In this document: piece after piece, positions 37,061-45,760 of the stretch
Numbering within the stretch: the first letter of the stretch is position 1
How the letters are laid out: the number at the start of each line of letters is the position of its first letter
Program-made: the position numbers and the translations under genes
DNA from: an uncultured Anaerolineales bacterium
Lineage (GTDB): Bacteria > Chloroflexota > Anaerolineae > B4-G1
Direction: 5' to 3'
Assembly: GCA_964385635.1 (NCBI GenBank)
Contig: CAYLPU010000013.1
Span: forward strand, 2,558 to 66,557
Length of the DNA: 64,000 nt
The notes under the pieces: generated by a model
Database searches by the model: none
Told to the model about the DNA's origin: nothing
The model's input: the letters and a program-made list of their open reading frames with translations, nothing else

Positions 37061-37444
37061 TCATCTCTCCTCTAGCGCGTCCAGGTACTGCCTCACCTGG
37101 CCCGGAAAAGTGCGGGTGTCAATCGGTTTAGTGATATAGCCATCGCAGCCGGCCGCCAGCGCTCGCTCGCGCTCTTCCGCCATGGCGTGTGCGGTGAGCG
37201 CCACAATAGGGATGTCCGCCGTCTCCGGCTGCGACTTTAACCTCTGCGCGGCATCGTACCCGCTTACTTTGGGCAGTTGCAAATCCATCAGAATGAAATC
37301 CGGCTGCTCGCGTGTGGCAACCTCGATCGCCTCCTCGCCGTCCGCAGCAACCAACAGACGATAGCCGTGGGGCTGCAGGACGGTCTCCACCAATTTGCGG
37401 CTGAGCAGACTATCCTCGACAATCAGGATGGTTTCATTCGCCAT
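37061..37444 (-). CDS. single-domain response regulator (CheY-like REC)
   Basis: ILIVEDS, FILMDLQLPKVSG, VALTAH, GYITKP. Start at the ATG 37444 (GAAGGTGG 7 nt upstream) rather than 37465. Confidence 0.85.
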   Translation of the reverse strand: MANETILIVEDSLLSRKLVETVLQPHGYRLLVAADGEEAIEVATREQPDFILMDLQLPKVSGYDAAQRLKSQPETADIPIVALTAHAMAEERERALAAGCDGYITKPIDTRTFPGQVRQYLDALEER

Positions 37445-37733
37445 AGCCAGCCACCTTCGCCTCAATGTCTCCCCTGGTGGTGAGCATGATCACCGGGATG
37501 TGAGCGGTGGCCTTCTCTTGCCGCAGCGCCCGGCAGACCTGGTAGCCGCTCAAACCAGGCATCACCACGTCGAGGACAATCGCATCGGGCTGCCAGTTCG
37601 TAACCACCCTCGACGCCTCCTCGCCATCGTTGGCCGCGTTGACCTGGTAGCCACCTGTACGCAATGCATCACCAACGATGCGCGTCTGCAGCGCGCTGTC
37701 GTCCACGACAAGGACTTTGGCCGCTTCGGTCAT
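37434..37733 (-). CDS. C-terminally truncated receiver-domain protein
   Basis: VLVVDDS, IVLDVVMPGLSG, IMLTT are present. The ORF stops at AKVAGYGE, before the beta5 Lys (KP) motif. Only 99 aa, and overlaps the next REC gene by 11 nt. Confidence 0.6.
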   Translation of the reverse strand: MTEAAKVLVVDDSALQTRIVGDALRTGGYQVNAANDGEEASRVVTNWQPDAIVLDVVMPGLSGYQVCRALRQEKATAHIPVIMLTTRGDIEAKVAGYGE

Positions 37734-37776
37734 TGTTTGCCCCTCACGCTATTCAGTCTCAGTTCGAGCAGTGTTC

Positions 37777-37995
37777 TCAGTTCCGCGGTCGAGACGACGC
37801 TGTCAGTGCGGAATCCACAGGCATCTTGTAGGTCTCCAGAAAGGACAGGAAATCGGACAGTAAGATGCGGTGGTGACCGCCTGGTGTGGTGTAAGCCTTG
37901 AGTTTGTCTTTTTTGATCCAGTTGACGATGGTTGCCTGGGAGACGTGACAATACCTGGCAGCCTGTCCAGTGGTCAGGAGTTTGATCTCAGACAT
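37777..37995 (-). CDS. HTH_17 / excisionase-family (MerR-like) DNA-binding protein
   Basis: 72 aa with LTTGQAARYCHVSQATIVNWIKKDKLKAYTTPGGHHRI. GAGGAGG SD. Confidence 0.8.
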   Translation of the reverse strand: MSEIKLLTTGQAARYCHVSQATIVNWIKKDKLKAYTTPGGHHRILLSDFLSFLETYKMPVDSALTASSRPRN

Positions 37996-38082
37996 CTATT
38001 GTTACCTCCTCAGCCAGATCGCTATTATGCAGGTGCACGAGGGGTTTGTGATGAACTTCACGATTGTTCTACTCTTCACTAT

Positions 38083-38111
38083 ATTATAAGATTTTTTGAA
38101 ATTGCGGTCAA
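38083..38111 (-). promoter_or_regulatory. sigma70-like promoter of the HTH-REC-REC-kinase operon
   Basis: The minus strand reads TTGACC (38111-38106), 17-nt spacer, TATAAT (38088-38083). Located in an AT-rich divergent region. Confidence 0.6.
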
Positions 38112-38237
38112 TGGGATAAAGATACTCAGTAGTTTATGGTAGTGGGCTGGTGATGGGCATCACCATTCAGCCGCTCCATCAAACCTGGCGCACTGTCCCG
38201 ACCTGATGTATAATCGAACGTTCTACAGGAGAGCAAC

Positions 38238-40280
38238 ATGCCCAGGTTCCAACTCGTCTCCGAGTTTCAGCCTACCGGCGACCAGCCGGAGGCCATCGCG
38301 CAACTGGTCGAGGGCATCAAGAAGGGGTACAAACACCAGACGTTGCTGGGAGCGACAGGCACAGGAAAGACCTACGTCGTGTCGAGAGTCATCGAACAGG
38401 TGCAGAAGTCTACGCTCGTCATTGTTCACAACAAGACCCTCGCTGCTCAACTCTACGCCGAGTTCCACGAGTTCTTTCCCCACAATGCTGTCGAGTACTT
38501 CGTGTCGTACTACGACTATTACCAACCGGAGGCCTACCTGCCCAGGTATGACCTGTACATTGAGAAGGACGCCGGCATCAACGAGGAGATTGACCGGTTG
38601 CGCCTGGCCGCCACGACCTCCCTTTTCTCTCGCCGCGATTGCATAATCGTCGCCTCCGTCTCCTGCATCTACGCCATCGGCGATCCCCAGGAGTGGGGGC
38701 GGGTCGTGGTCAAACTGGCGCGGGGAGAGCACCACCGCCGCGACGGGCTCCTTCGCCACCTGGTCAGCATCTATTACGAGCGGAACGACTTCCAGTTGAA
38801 GCGCGGAGCCTTCCGCGTGCGGGGCGACACGCTGGAAGTGGTGCCGGCCTACGGTGAGATCGCCTACCGCGTCGGCTTCTGGGGGGATGAGATTGAGCGC
38901 ATCACAGAGGTTGACCCCCTCACCGGTGAAGTGCTGGCGGAATTGGACGAGGTGCAGATCTTTCCTGCCAGGCACTTCATCACTCCGGAGGAGAAGCGGG
39001 AACAGGCACTGGCCGACATTGAGGCCGAACTGGAGGCGCGGTTGGCCGAACTGAAGGCGGAGGGGAAACTTCTGGAGGCCCAGCGGTTGGAGCAGCGTAC
39101 CCGGTACGATATCGAGATGATCCGCGAGATTGGCTATTGCCCCGGCATTGAGAACTACTCGCGCCACCTGCAGCAACGGCCACCCGGATCGCCCCCGTGG
39201 ACGCTGATGGACTACTTCCCGGCCGACTACCTGCTCGTCGCGGACGAGTCGCACATGACGATCCCGCAGGTACGGGGCATGTACCACGGCGACCGCAGCC
39301 GCAAGGGGGTGCTGGTCGAGTACGGCTTCCGCCTCCCCTCGGCGCTGGACAACCGGCCCCTCGACTTCGGGGAGTTCGAAGCCCGCGTCAACCAGATCTT
39401 CTACACCTCCGCCACCCCTGGCCCCTACGAACTGGAGAGAAGCCAGCAGGTGGTGCAGCAGATCATCCGCCCCACCGGCATCGTGGACCCCCAGATCATC
39501 GTCAAGCCGGTGAAGGGGCAGGTGGACGATTTAGTAGGGCAGATCAACGAGCGGGTGGCGCGGGGCGAGCGCGTGCTGGTCACCACGCTGACTAAGCGTA
39601 TGGCCGAGGACCTGGCCGGCTATTTGCGTGAACTGGACATCAAAGTGCATTACTTGCACAGCGAGGTCCAGACCCTCGAGCGGGTTGAGATCCTGCGGGA
39701 CCTGCGGCTGGGGGTGTACGACGTGGTGGTGGGGATCAACTTGCTGCGGGAGGGGCTGGACCTGCCGGAGGTGAGTCTGGTGGCGATCCTGGACGCCGAC
39801 AAGGCGGGCTTCTTACGGTCAGACACCGCCCTCATCCAGACCACCGGCCGGGCCGCACGGCACGTCAACGGCACCGCCATCATGTACGCCGACCGGATCA
39901 CGGACTCGATGAAACGGGCCATCGAGGAGACGGATCGGCGGCGGAAGATTCAGGTGGCGTACAACGAAGAACATAGTATCGTGCCTGCCACCATTGTCAA
40001 GGAAGTTCGCGACCTGACCGCCCGGGTGCGCAGACAGACTGTCCCCGACCGCGAACCAGGGCTGGCCCTGGCGCAGTTGCCCCGGGATGAACTGGCCCGC
40101 CTGATCCGGGAGTTGGAAAAGCAGATGAAGGCGGCCGCGCGAGACCTGGAGTTCGAGAAGGCGGCCCTCCTCCGGGACCAGGTCTTCGAACTGCGGGCGG
40201 TGCTGGTCGAGAAGGAGGAGGCGGAGATGCCAGCCTGGGAGCGAGAGCGGCGCAGGGCTCGGCTGGCAATCGAGGAGTAG
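38238..40280 (+). CDS. uvrB: excinuclease ABC subunit B
   Basis: [25 protein letters not shown] (beta-hairpin), VADESH, and the C-terminal UVR motif [15 protein letters not shown]. Confidence 0.95.
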   Translation: MPRFQLVSEFQPTGDQPEAIAQLVEGIKKGYKHQTLLGATGTGKTYVVSRVIEQVQKSTLVIVHNKTLAAQLYAEFHEFFPHNAVEYFVSYYDYYQPEAYLPRYDLYIEKDAGINEEIDRLRLAATTSLFSRRDCIIVASVSCIYAIGDPQEWGRVVVKLARGEHHRRDGLLRHLVSIYYERNDFQLKRGAFRVRGDTLEVVPAYGEIAYRVGFWGDEIERITEVDPLTGEVLAELDEVQIFPARHFITPEEKREQALADIEAELEARLAELKAEGKLLEAQRLEQRTRYDIEMIREIGYCPGIENYSRHLQQRPPGSPPWTLMDYFPADYLLVADESHMTIPQVRGMYHGDRSRKGVLVEYGFRLPSALDNRPLDFGEFEARVNQIFYTSATPGPYELERSQQVVQQIIRPTGIVDPQIIVKPVKGQVDDLVGQINERVARGERVLVTTLTKRMAEDLAGYLRELDIKVHYLHSEVQTLERVEILRDLRLGVYDVVVGINLLREGLDLPEVSLVAILDADKAGFLRSDTALIQTTGRAARHVNGTAIMYADRITDSMKRAIEETDRRRKIQVAYNEEHSIVPATIVKEVRDLTARVRRQTVPDREPGLALAQLPRDELARLIRELEKQMKAAARDLEFEKAALLRDQVFELRAVLVEKEEAEMPAWERERRRARLAIEE

Positions 40281-40297
40281 GCTGGAGGAGGAACGAT

Positions 40298-41638
40298 ATG
40301 GCGAAGATAACACGCGTGGTCAAGCGAACGGGTGCCGTAGTACCTTTCAACAAGGAACGCATCACCAACGCCATCTACCGGGCGGCGGTGGCCGTGGGCG
40401 GGCGCGATCGCGCCATCGCGGAGGGGTTGTCAGACCAGGCCGTGGCTATGCTGGAGGAGACCACGCTGCCTGACCATATCCCCACCATTGAGGAGATCCA
40501 GGACATCGTTGAGAAGGTGCTGATTGAGAACGGTCACGCCAAGACGTCCAAGGCGTATATCCTCTACCGCGACGAACGAGCCCGCCGCCGGCGTGAGCGG
40601 GCCAGACGCTCGGCCCATCCCTCCGAGAACATCCCCTGGCACAAGATGTGGGAGGTTCTGGACTGGGCCGTGGACCACGACCTTCACACGGTCGAACGCT
40701 TGAACGCGCGCATCGCGCGCGGAGAGTTCCCTCAGATTGTGCGGGAGACCGACCGGGCCTATACTGAGGACATCACGACCGCTTCCGAGATCATCAGGGA
40801 GCGTCGGGACCAGGTGAAGATCGTCGTCGTCGCCGGGCCTTCCTCCTCCGGCAAGACGACCACGACCGTCAAACTCAGCCACCTGTTGAAGAAGATGGGG
40901 CTCAACCTGGTTCCGCTCACCGTTGACAATTACTTCTTCGACCTGGAACTCCACCCCAGGGACGAGTTCGGCGATTATGACTTCGAGACGCCCCAGGCCC
41001 TCGATCTGGAACTTATCGACGAGCACCTGGTGCGCTTGATCGCCGGGGAGGAGGTACGGGTTCCCTTCTACGAATTCAAGACCGGCAGGCGACACGACGA
41101 CCATACCCCGATGCAGATCGGGCCGGATGACGTTATCCTCATTGACAGCCTGCATGGCCTGTACGCTAGTATGACGCGCTCCATTGACGACGAACTGAAG
41201 TTCAAACTGTACATTGAGACCTTGCTGCAGATGAAAAGTTCCGATGGAAGGTTCGTGCGCTGGACGGACCTGCGGTTGATGCGCCGCATGGTGCGCGATG
41301 CCGTTCACCGTGCCTACGATCCCCAGCAGACGTTGGAACACTGGCACTATGTTCGCAAGAGCGAGATGCGCAACATCATCCCCTACATCAACACGACCGA
41401 CTACATCGTCAACAGCGGCCTGCCGTATGAACTGCCCATCATGAGGGCCAGGCTGTTCGGCCGCTTCGAGAAGTGGGCCGGACAGTACAAGGACGATCCG
41501 CTGCGGGAGGACGCGCGTGTGCGCGCCGGGCGCGTGTACCGCCTCCTGAAGTCTATCACCCCGGTCGAGGACGACTCAGCCATACCGCCCGACTCGCTCC
41601 TGCGGGAGTTCATCGGCGGTAGTTGCTACGAATATTGA
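40298..41638 (+). CDS. ATP-cone domain fused to a uridine kinase / PRK-like P-loop kinase
   Basis: N-terminal ATP-cone (ITRVVKRTGAVVPFNKERITNAIYRA) and P-loop VVVAGPSSSGKTTT. GGAGGAGG SD. Confidence 0.75.
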   Translation: MAKITRVVKRTGAVVPFNKERITNAIYRAAVAVGGRDRAIAEGLSDQAVAMLEETTLPDHIPTIEEIQDIVEKVLIENGHAKTSKAYILYRDERARRRRERARRSAHPSENIPWHKMWEVLDWAVDHDLHTVERLNARIARGEFPQIVRETDRAYTEDITTASEIIRERRDQVKIVVVAGPSSSGKTTTTVKLSHLLKKMGLNLVPLTVDNYFFDLELHPRDEFGDYDFETPQALDLELIDEHLVRLIAGEEVRVPFYEFKTGRRHDDHTPMQIGPDDVILIDSLHGLYASMTRSIDDELKFKLYIETLLQMKSSDGRFVRWTDLRLMRRMVRDAVHRAYDPQQTLEHWHYVRKSEMRNIIPYINTTDYIVNSGLPYELPIMRARLFGRFEKWAGQYKDDPLREDARVRAGRVYRLLKSITPVEDDSAIPPDSLLREFIGGSCYEY

Positions 41639-41673
41639 GACACTACGTACCGAATATGACTACATATTTGGTG

Positions 41674-41702
41674 TTGACAAACGTCCGATAAAAGAGTATA
41701 TT
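41674..41702 (+). promoter_or_regulatory. sigma70-like promoter of the Phd/RelE module
   Basis: TTGACA (41674-41679), 17-nt spacer, TATATT (41697-41702). Confidence 0.6.
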
Positions 41703-41733
41703 AGTGCCAGTTATACTCGCGATGAGGTGGATA

Positions 41734-41988
41734 ATGGCTGTGACAATCGTACCAATCAGTGATCTCCGGCGAAATACCGCTCGTCTGCTCCAGCACGCGG
41801 GTGAGAGCGATGAGCCTGTTTACATCACTCAACACGGACGTCCCAAGGCCGTTCTCCTGGGCTACCAGGTGTATGAGCATCTGATGGCTCAGTTGGAAGA
41901 TCTGGCGGACCTGGCAAGTCTTCGCGAGCGCGCCGATGAGTCGGCGCGTCCGTTCACTGAGTTCCTGCAGGAGATCAGCGAGGAATAG
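41734..41988 (+). CDS. Phd/YefM-family antitoxin
   Basis: MAVTIVPISDLRRNTARLLQHAGESDEPVYITQHGRPKAVLL. The ATG at 41734 follows GAGGTGG. The ORF-track start at 41704 lies upstream of the predicted transcription start. Confidence 0.85.
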   Translation: MAVTIVPISDLRRNTARLLQHAGESDEPVYITQHGRPKAVLLGYQVYEHLMAQLEDLADLASLRERADESARPFTEFLQEISEE

Positions 41989-41990
41989 CG

Positions 41991-42254
41991 TTGGCGTACG
42001 AGGTCCTGATCAAGGCGTCGGCGGAAAGGGACATCCGTCGCCTCCCTCACGATGTGCGTGAGCGGGTGGCATCTGCTATCCTGGCATTGCAAGAGGACCC
42101 CCGTCCGCCGGGTGTTCGCAAACTCAAGGGCAGGGGTGAGGAGGGTTGGCGCATCCGAGTGGGCAGCTATCGCGTGGTGTACAAGATTGACGACAGCCTG
42201 CGCCAGGTGACGATCTACTGGGTGCGACACCGTCGTGATGTCTACCGATTTTAG
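41991..42254 (+). CDS. RelE/ParE-family toxin
   Basis: TTG start 2 nt after the antitoxin stop. 87 aa with WRIRVGSYRVVYKIDD..VTIYWVRHRRDVY. Confidence 0.85.
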   Translation: MAYEVLIKASAERDIRRLPHDVRERVASAILALQEDPRPPGVRKLKGRGEEGWRIRVGSYRVVYKIDDSLRQVTIYWVRHRRDVYRF

Positions 42255-42378
42255 CGCAACGTTGGTGTACGCGGAGATGTGCTCGATGAAAACGGCAAAG
42301 CAGGTTGTAGGATGATGGGGCTATGATCCACGGCGCCGGCTCCCGTCCGGAGCGGCCTTACATCGTCTCCACATTGTG

Positions 42379-42411
42379 CCGCCACCGGGCAAGCCGGTGG
42401 CGGTTGTTGTT
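42379..42411 (+). terminator. intrinsic terminator after the RelE-like gene
   Basis: CCGCCACCGG-GCAAG-CCGGTGGCGG (10-bp perfect stem) followed by TTGTTGTT. Confidence 0.65.
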
Positions 42412-42563
42412 AAGGTTCCAGAGATTGCAGTACGCAGATGCTGACCCCAGATTCCCCAACTGAGGAGAACAGAATCGCACAGTTGGAAAACGACCTAAAG
42501 CAAAAAGATAGGTTAGTTGCTGATCTCACGAGGCAAGTCGCTGAACTTCAAATCTGGCGTGGC

Positions 42564-42592
42564 TTGACGGCCCTCCCAGAGCATGATACAAT
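42564..42592 (+). promoter_or_regulatory. sigma70-like promoter of the antitoxin/PIN module
   Basis: TTGACG (42564-42569), 17-nt spacer, TACAAT (42587-42592). It lies inside the long ORF-track version of the antitoxin, which argues for the short start. Confidence 0.6.
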
Positions 42593-42635
42593 GTGGCCAC
42601 AACGTGCGGCTACATTTCTGAAAGGTGGAGCAGCG

Positions 42636-42881
42636 ATGGCAGAGATCGGTGTTCGTGAACTGAAGAACCGCACCAGCGAGATCGTCCGGGCGGTGCGGGA
42701 GGAGCGCGTCGAATACGTCGTCACCTACCGGGGGCAGCCGGTGGCCCGCCTCGTTCCTGTCGTTGACGCAGATAGTGACGAACGGGCTTGGCATGAACTC
42801 GAACGGCTGAGCCAGGAAATCAGCGCACAGTGGCAGTCAGACAAGTCGGCGGTCGAACTCCTGAGCGAGATGCGGCGGTGA
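42636..42881 (+). CDS. Phd/YefM-type antitoxin partner of the PIN toxin
   Basis: ATG 42636 after AAAGGTGGAG. MAEIGVRELKNRTSEIVRAVREERVEYVVTYRGQPVARLVP. Confidence 0.8.
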   Translation: MAEIGVRELKNRTSEIVRAVREERVEYVVTYRGQPVARLVPVVDADSDERAWHELERLSQEISAQWQSDKSAVELLSEMRR

Positions 42882-42885
42882 ACCG

Positions 42886-43320
42886 ATGCTCCTCCTCGTA
42901 ATTGACGCCAGCGTATACGTAAGCCGTCTGCACCAGCACGAGACACATCACCTCGAAAGTGTGCGCCTGCTTGATGCTGTGGCAGCCCACAGGGTGACTG
43001 TCCTATGCCCGGAGATTCTGGTGCCAGAGGTCGCGGCTGCCATCGCACGGGGTCTGGATAGCACGGAGTTTGCTTATCGCGCAGCCGCTCACTTGCGGAA
43101 ACTGCCGGGCCACCGGTTCGTCGCCGTGGATCGGGTGCTGAGTGGCCTCGCGGGCCGGCTGGCTGCTGAGTGTCGCCTGCGCGGTTGCGACGCGATCTAC
43201 GCAGCGCTGGCGCAGCGGGAAGGGGCTCGTCTGATCACGTGGGATAAGCAGCAGCGAGACAGGGCAGCGGATGTAGTCGAGACATTGACGCCGGCAGAGG
43301 CATTGGCTGTGCTGAAGTAG
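42886..43320 (+). CDS. vapC: PIN-domain toxin (VapC-like ribonuclease)
   Basis: LLLVIDASVYV, CPEILVPEV, RGCDAIYAALA, LITWD give the acidic PIN quartet. Starts 4 nt after the antitoxin stop. Confidence 0.8.
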   Translation: MLLLVIDASVYVSRLHQHETHHLESVRLLDAVAAHRVTVLCPEILVPEVAAAIARGLDSTEFAYRAAAHLRKLPGHRFVAVDRVLSGLAGRLAAECRLRGCDAIYAALAQREGARLITWDKQQRDRAADVVETLTPAEALAVLK

Positions 43321-43340
43321 GCACTCCGATTGGAGAAGAA

Positions 43341-44462
43341 GTGATGATGTGGGCAGAACAAGAGCAAAAGCGGGTTGATACCTGCGACGTGGTCGTCGTC
43401 GGGGCGGGGCTGGTGGGCGCGGTAGTAGCGTCGCGCCTGGCTCGCGAGGGGTTCGATACGGCGGTATTGGAGGCCCAGAGCGTGGCGGGCGGCGCGACCG
43501 GGCGCAGCGCCGGGATGGTGCTCACCGGACTGGCCGGCCATTACAACTGGGCCATCTCTGCTTATGGCCGTCAGGAGGCGCAGGAGGTCTGGGCGCTCAC
43601 CGTCGAAGGACGAGAGTGGCTGGTCGAGACCGCTGAGCGGTTGGAGGTACCCGTCGAACACACCGGTAGCCTCGCGCTGGCTGTCGAGGAGACCGAGGTG
43701 GATGCGCTGAGGGAATCGGCGGAACTGCTGCGCGAGGACGGCTTTGACGCCTGGTTCGGCCCCAGCGATCCCCTGGGCCGGGACTTCCGCGCTGCCCTGC
43801 GCCAGCCCGACGATGTGACGGTGGACGCCGCCGCGCTGACCCGGGCATTGCTGACCGCTGGCGACGTGACCGTCCACGAAGGGACCGAGGTCTACCATCT
43901 GGAGCCGGAGAGAGACGACGTGCGCGTCTGGGCGCGAGGCCGCACCGTGCTCTGCGGCGGTGTTGTGCTGGCGATTAACGGTTATGCCTCGCTGCTTGAT
44001 CACTACTTCACCGATAAAGTCGCTCCCACCCGCAGCCTCGTTCTTGCCACCGATCCGTTGGACGAGGTGGTGCTGGAACAGCCCTGCTGTGCCGACTACG
44101 GGTATGAATACTGCCGCCAGTTGGCCGACCGCCGGTTGTTGTTGGGCGGTTGGCGGCGCGCGCGCCCCCAGACGCAAGAGGCCGAAATGGGCGACGTGGT
44201 GCGGGATGGGCTGCTTCGCTTCGCATTGCGCCACTTTCCCGAGATAGAGAGGCATGGCGTCAGCCGCTGGTCTGGGGTAATGGGCTTCACCCCCGATGGG
44301 CTGCCGCTGGTGGGCCAGTTGCCTGGCCTGCCGCAGGTGTACTTCGCGGTGGGGTTCGGGGGCCGGGGACTGGCCTGGGCCTTCGTCGTCGCCCAGCGGT
44401 TGGTGGAGTTGATGCTGCACGATACCTCCCCAGGAGTCCTCTCGGCCGCGCGGCTGGGCTGA
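43341..44462 (+). CDS. FAD-dependent oxidoreductase (DAO family)
   Basis: CDVVVVGAGLVGAVVASRLAREG dinucleotide-binding fold. 373 aa with C-terminal GFGGRGL. Confidence 0.85.
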   Translation: MMMWAEQEQKRVDTCDVVVVGAGLVGAVVASRLAREGFDTAVLEAQSVAGGATGRSAGMVLTGLAGHYNWAISAYGRQEAQEVWALTVEGREWLVETAERLEVPVEHTGSLALAVEETEVDALRESAELLREDGFDAWFGPSDPLGRDFRAALRQPDDVTVDAAALTRALLTAGDVTVHEGTEVYHLEPERDDVRVWARGRTVLCGGVVLAINGYASLLDHYFTDKVAPTRSLVLATDPLDEVVLEQPCCADYGYEYCRQLADRRLLLGGWRRARPQTQEAEMGDVVRDGLLRFALRHFPEIERHGVSRWSGVMGFTPDGLPLVGQLPGLPQVYFAVGFGGRGLAWAFVVAQRLVELMLHDTSPGVLSAARLG

Positions 44463-44466
44463 CCCG

Positions 44467-45639
44467 ATGGGCAACTTAGAGACGATTGTCGCGATCACCA
44501 GCGTAAGCCGCAAGCACTGGCAGGAGTTCAGCGTCACCTCACCGGGTGGGGTGAACTTCGCTGGCTACCTCTGCCGCCAGGAGAGTGAGAGGCTGGGGAC
44601 GCTGGCTCTCACCCAGGTCGAGGGCCGGGAGCGGCTGGAGTTCATCGCCGGTATGCCCAAGATCCCCTACCCCTACCAGCGCGACCGCCACGGCCAGGTG
44701 CAACTGGTCATTCCCATCCCCCGGCGGGCTACCGACGCCCGTTTCACGCTCAAACTGGACGGCACGTGTTTACTGTTCTACCCCCTGCGCGACGAAGAGG
44801 GGGGTGTGCTGGAGGTCATCCCCCGCACGCGCCTGACGCCGGTGCTCAAGCCGAGCCGCTGGGGGGACTGGAACGCGCTCCTCGACGAGGCACTGCCCGA
44901 CCGCACGCCGGTCGAGCGAGCGGTGCGGGAACAGGGTGTCACGTTGGCCTTCGAATTGTGGGGCTATCGCAATCCCCACCTGGTCTCCTACGACAGACCT
45001 CTGGCGCTGACGCTGCACACGGGCATCCGTCACCGGCGGTTGCTGGCCTTCCCCCGCCTGGAACAGATCGCCCGCCGTTACGACTTGCGGTTGGTTGAGT
45101 CTATCCAGGTGACCACGCCCGACGCAGAGGGGCTGGCAGCGGCCTACCGGACCTGGCAGGAGAAGATAGAGGCGGCCAACGCGGCCGCGGGGGCCGACCG
45201 GTACGTGCAGGAGGGCGCGGTACTCGTCATCTCCACCGCCCGCACCGCCCGCGCCTACAAGTGCAAGCCACCTTCTATTGAGGAGATTCACTGGCGTACC
45301 GACCAGAGCATCGGGCGGGAGGTGATCTGGCAGGCATTGCACAAGATGCGGGAGAACGGCTACGATTTCGCCGGCGGACAGGTAGAGGACCTGATCGCGG
45401 AATTGGAGAAGGATTTCCAGCGGCCCCACGTGGAGCAGCAGGAGGAACTGATCCGCCGCGTGTGGGTCGAGTACGTGGTCGAGTTGCAGAAGAAAGAGTG
45501 GCTGCGCGGCCTGGTGGAGCAATCGGGCCTCGACCTGCGCGACACGTCCAGCCTGATGCGCTACCTTTCACAGCACTACCCGCGTAAGGAGATGCGCTGG
45601 GTCTATAGTGCAGTGGTGGAGTTGTACGGGTTAGGCTAA
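44467..45639 (+). CDS. Rnl2-like ATP-dependent RNA ligase family protein (covalent nucleotidyltransferase)
   Basis: Ordered ligase motifs: I LKLDGTC (KxDG), III LAFELWG, IV QEGAVLV, V RAYKCKP. Compare T4 Rnl2 KIHGTN / FGEFAG / EGYVLK / AIKCKN. Has about 100 aa of unknown N-terminal extension and a helical C-terminal domain. Starts 4 nt after the oxidoreductase stop. Confidence 0.65.
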   Translation: MGNLETIVAITSVSRKHWQEFSVTSPGGVNFAGYLCRQESERLGTLALTQVEGRERLEFIAGMPKIPYPYQRDRHGQVQLVIPIPRRATDARFTLKLDGTCLLFYPLRDEEGGVLEVIPRTRLTPVLKPSRWGDWNALLDEALPDRTPVERAVREQGVTLAFELWGYRNPHLVSYDRPLALTLHTGIRHRRLLAFPRLEQIARRYDLRLVESIQVTTPDAEGLAAAYRTWQEKIEAANAAAGADRYVQEGAVLVISTARTARAYKCKPPSIEEIHWRTDQSIGREVIWQALHKMRENGYDFAGGQVEDLIAELEKDFQRPHVEQQEELIRRVWVEYVVELQKKEWLRGLVEQSGLDLRDTSSLMRYLSQHYPRKEMRWVYSAVVELYGLG

Positions 45640-45656
45640 CCCCAATGTAAGCGTTC

Positions 45657-45754
45657 AGACCTCCGAGGTTTTGGTCATAGATCTGGCCTGGAAAGCGCCC
45701 AACATACCGCTAGAAACCCCCAGGAGAATGCTATTTCGTAAACCTCGGAGGTCT
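45657..45754. repeat. 15-bp perfect inverted repeat AGACCTCCGAGGTTT / AAACCTCGGAGGTCT
   Basis: Arms at 45657-45671 and 45740-45754, separated by 68 nt. Confidence 0.85.
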
Positions 45755-45760
45755 TCGATG

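Noticed and set aside
36432-37139. ORFs 36432-37064 (-), 36689-37075 (+) and 36753-37139 (+), which have internally repetitive peptides
   Set aside because: They are read straight through the tandem hairpin array in three frames. They have periodic identical peptide blocks, no SD and mutually overlapping frames, so they are translation artefacts of the repeat.
37996-38237. AT-rich divergent intergenic region at the minus-to-plus strand switch, considered as a replication origin
   Set aside because: It contains only one weak DnaA-box-like site (TTATCCCAT). It is well explained by two divergent promoters (38083-38111 and a TATAAT at 38209-38214).
43197-44537. Very long antisense or alternative-frame ORFs, for example 43197-44537 (-), 25976-27298 (+), 27973-29088 (+), 33253-34488 (+), 38223-39287 (-), 40430-41347 (-), 53883-55025 (-), 56048-57106 (-)
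   Set aside because: Each lies opposite or out of frame to a gene with clear family motifs. They are Arg/Gly/Pro-rich, as expected for shadow frames in high-GC DNA, and lack SD sequences.
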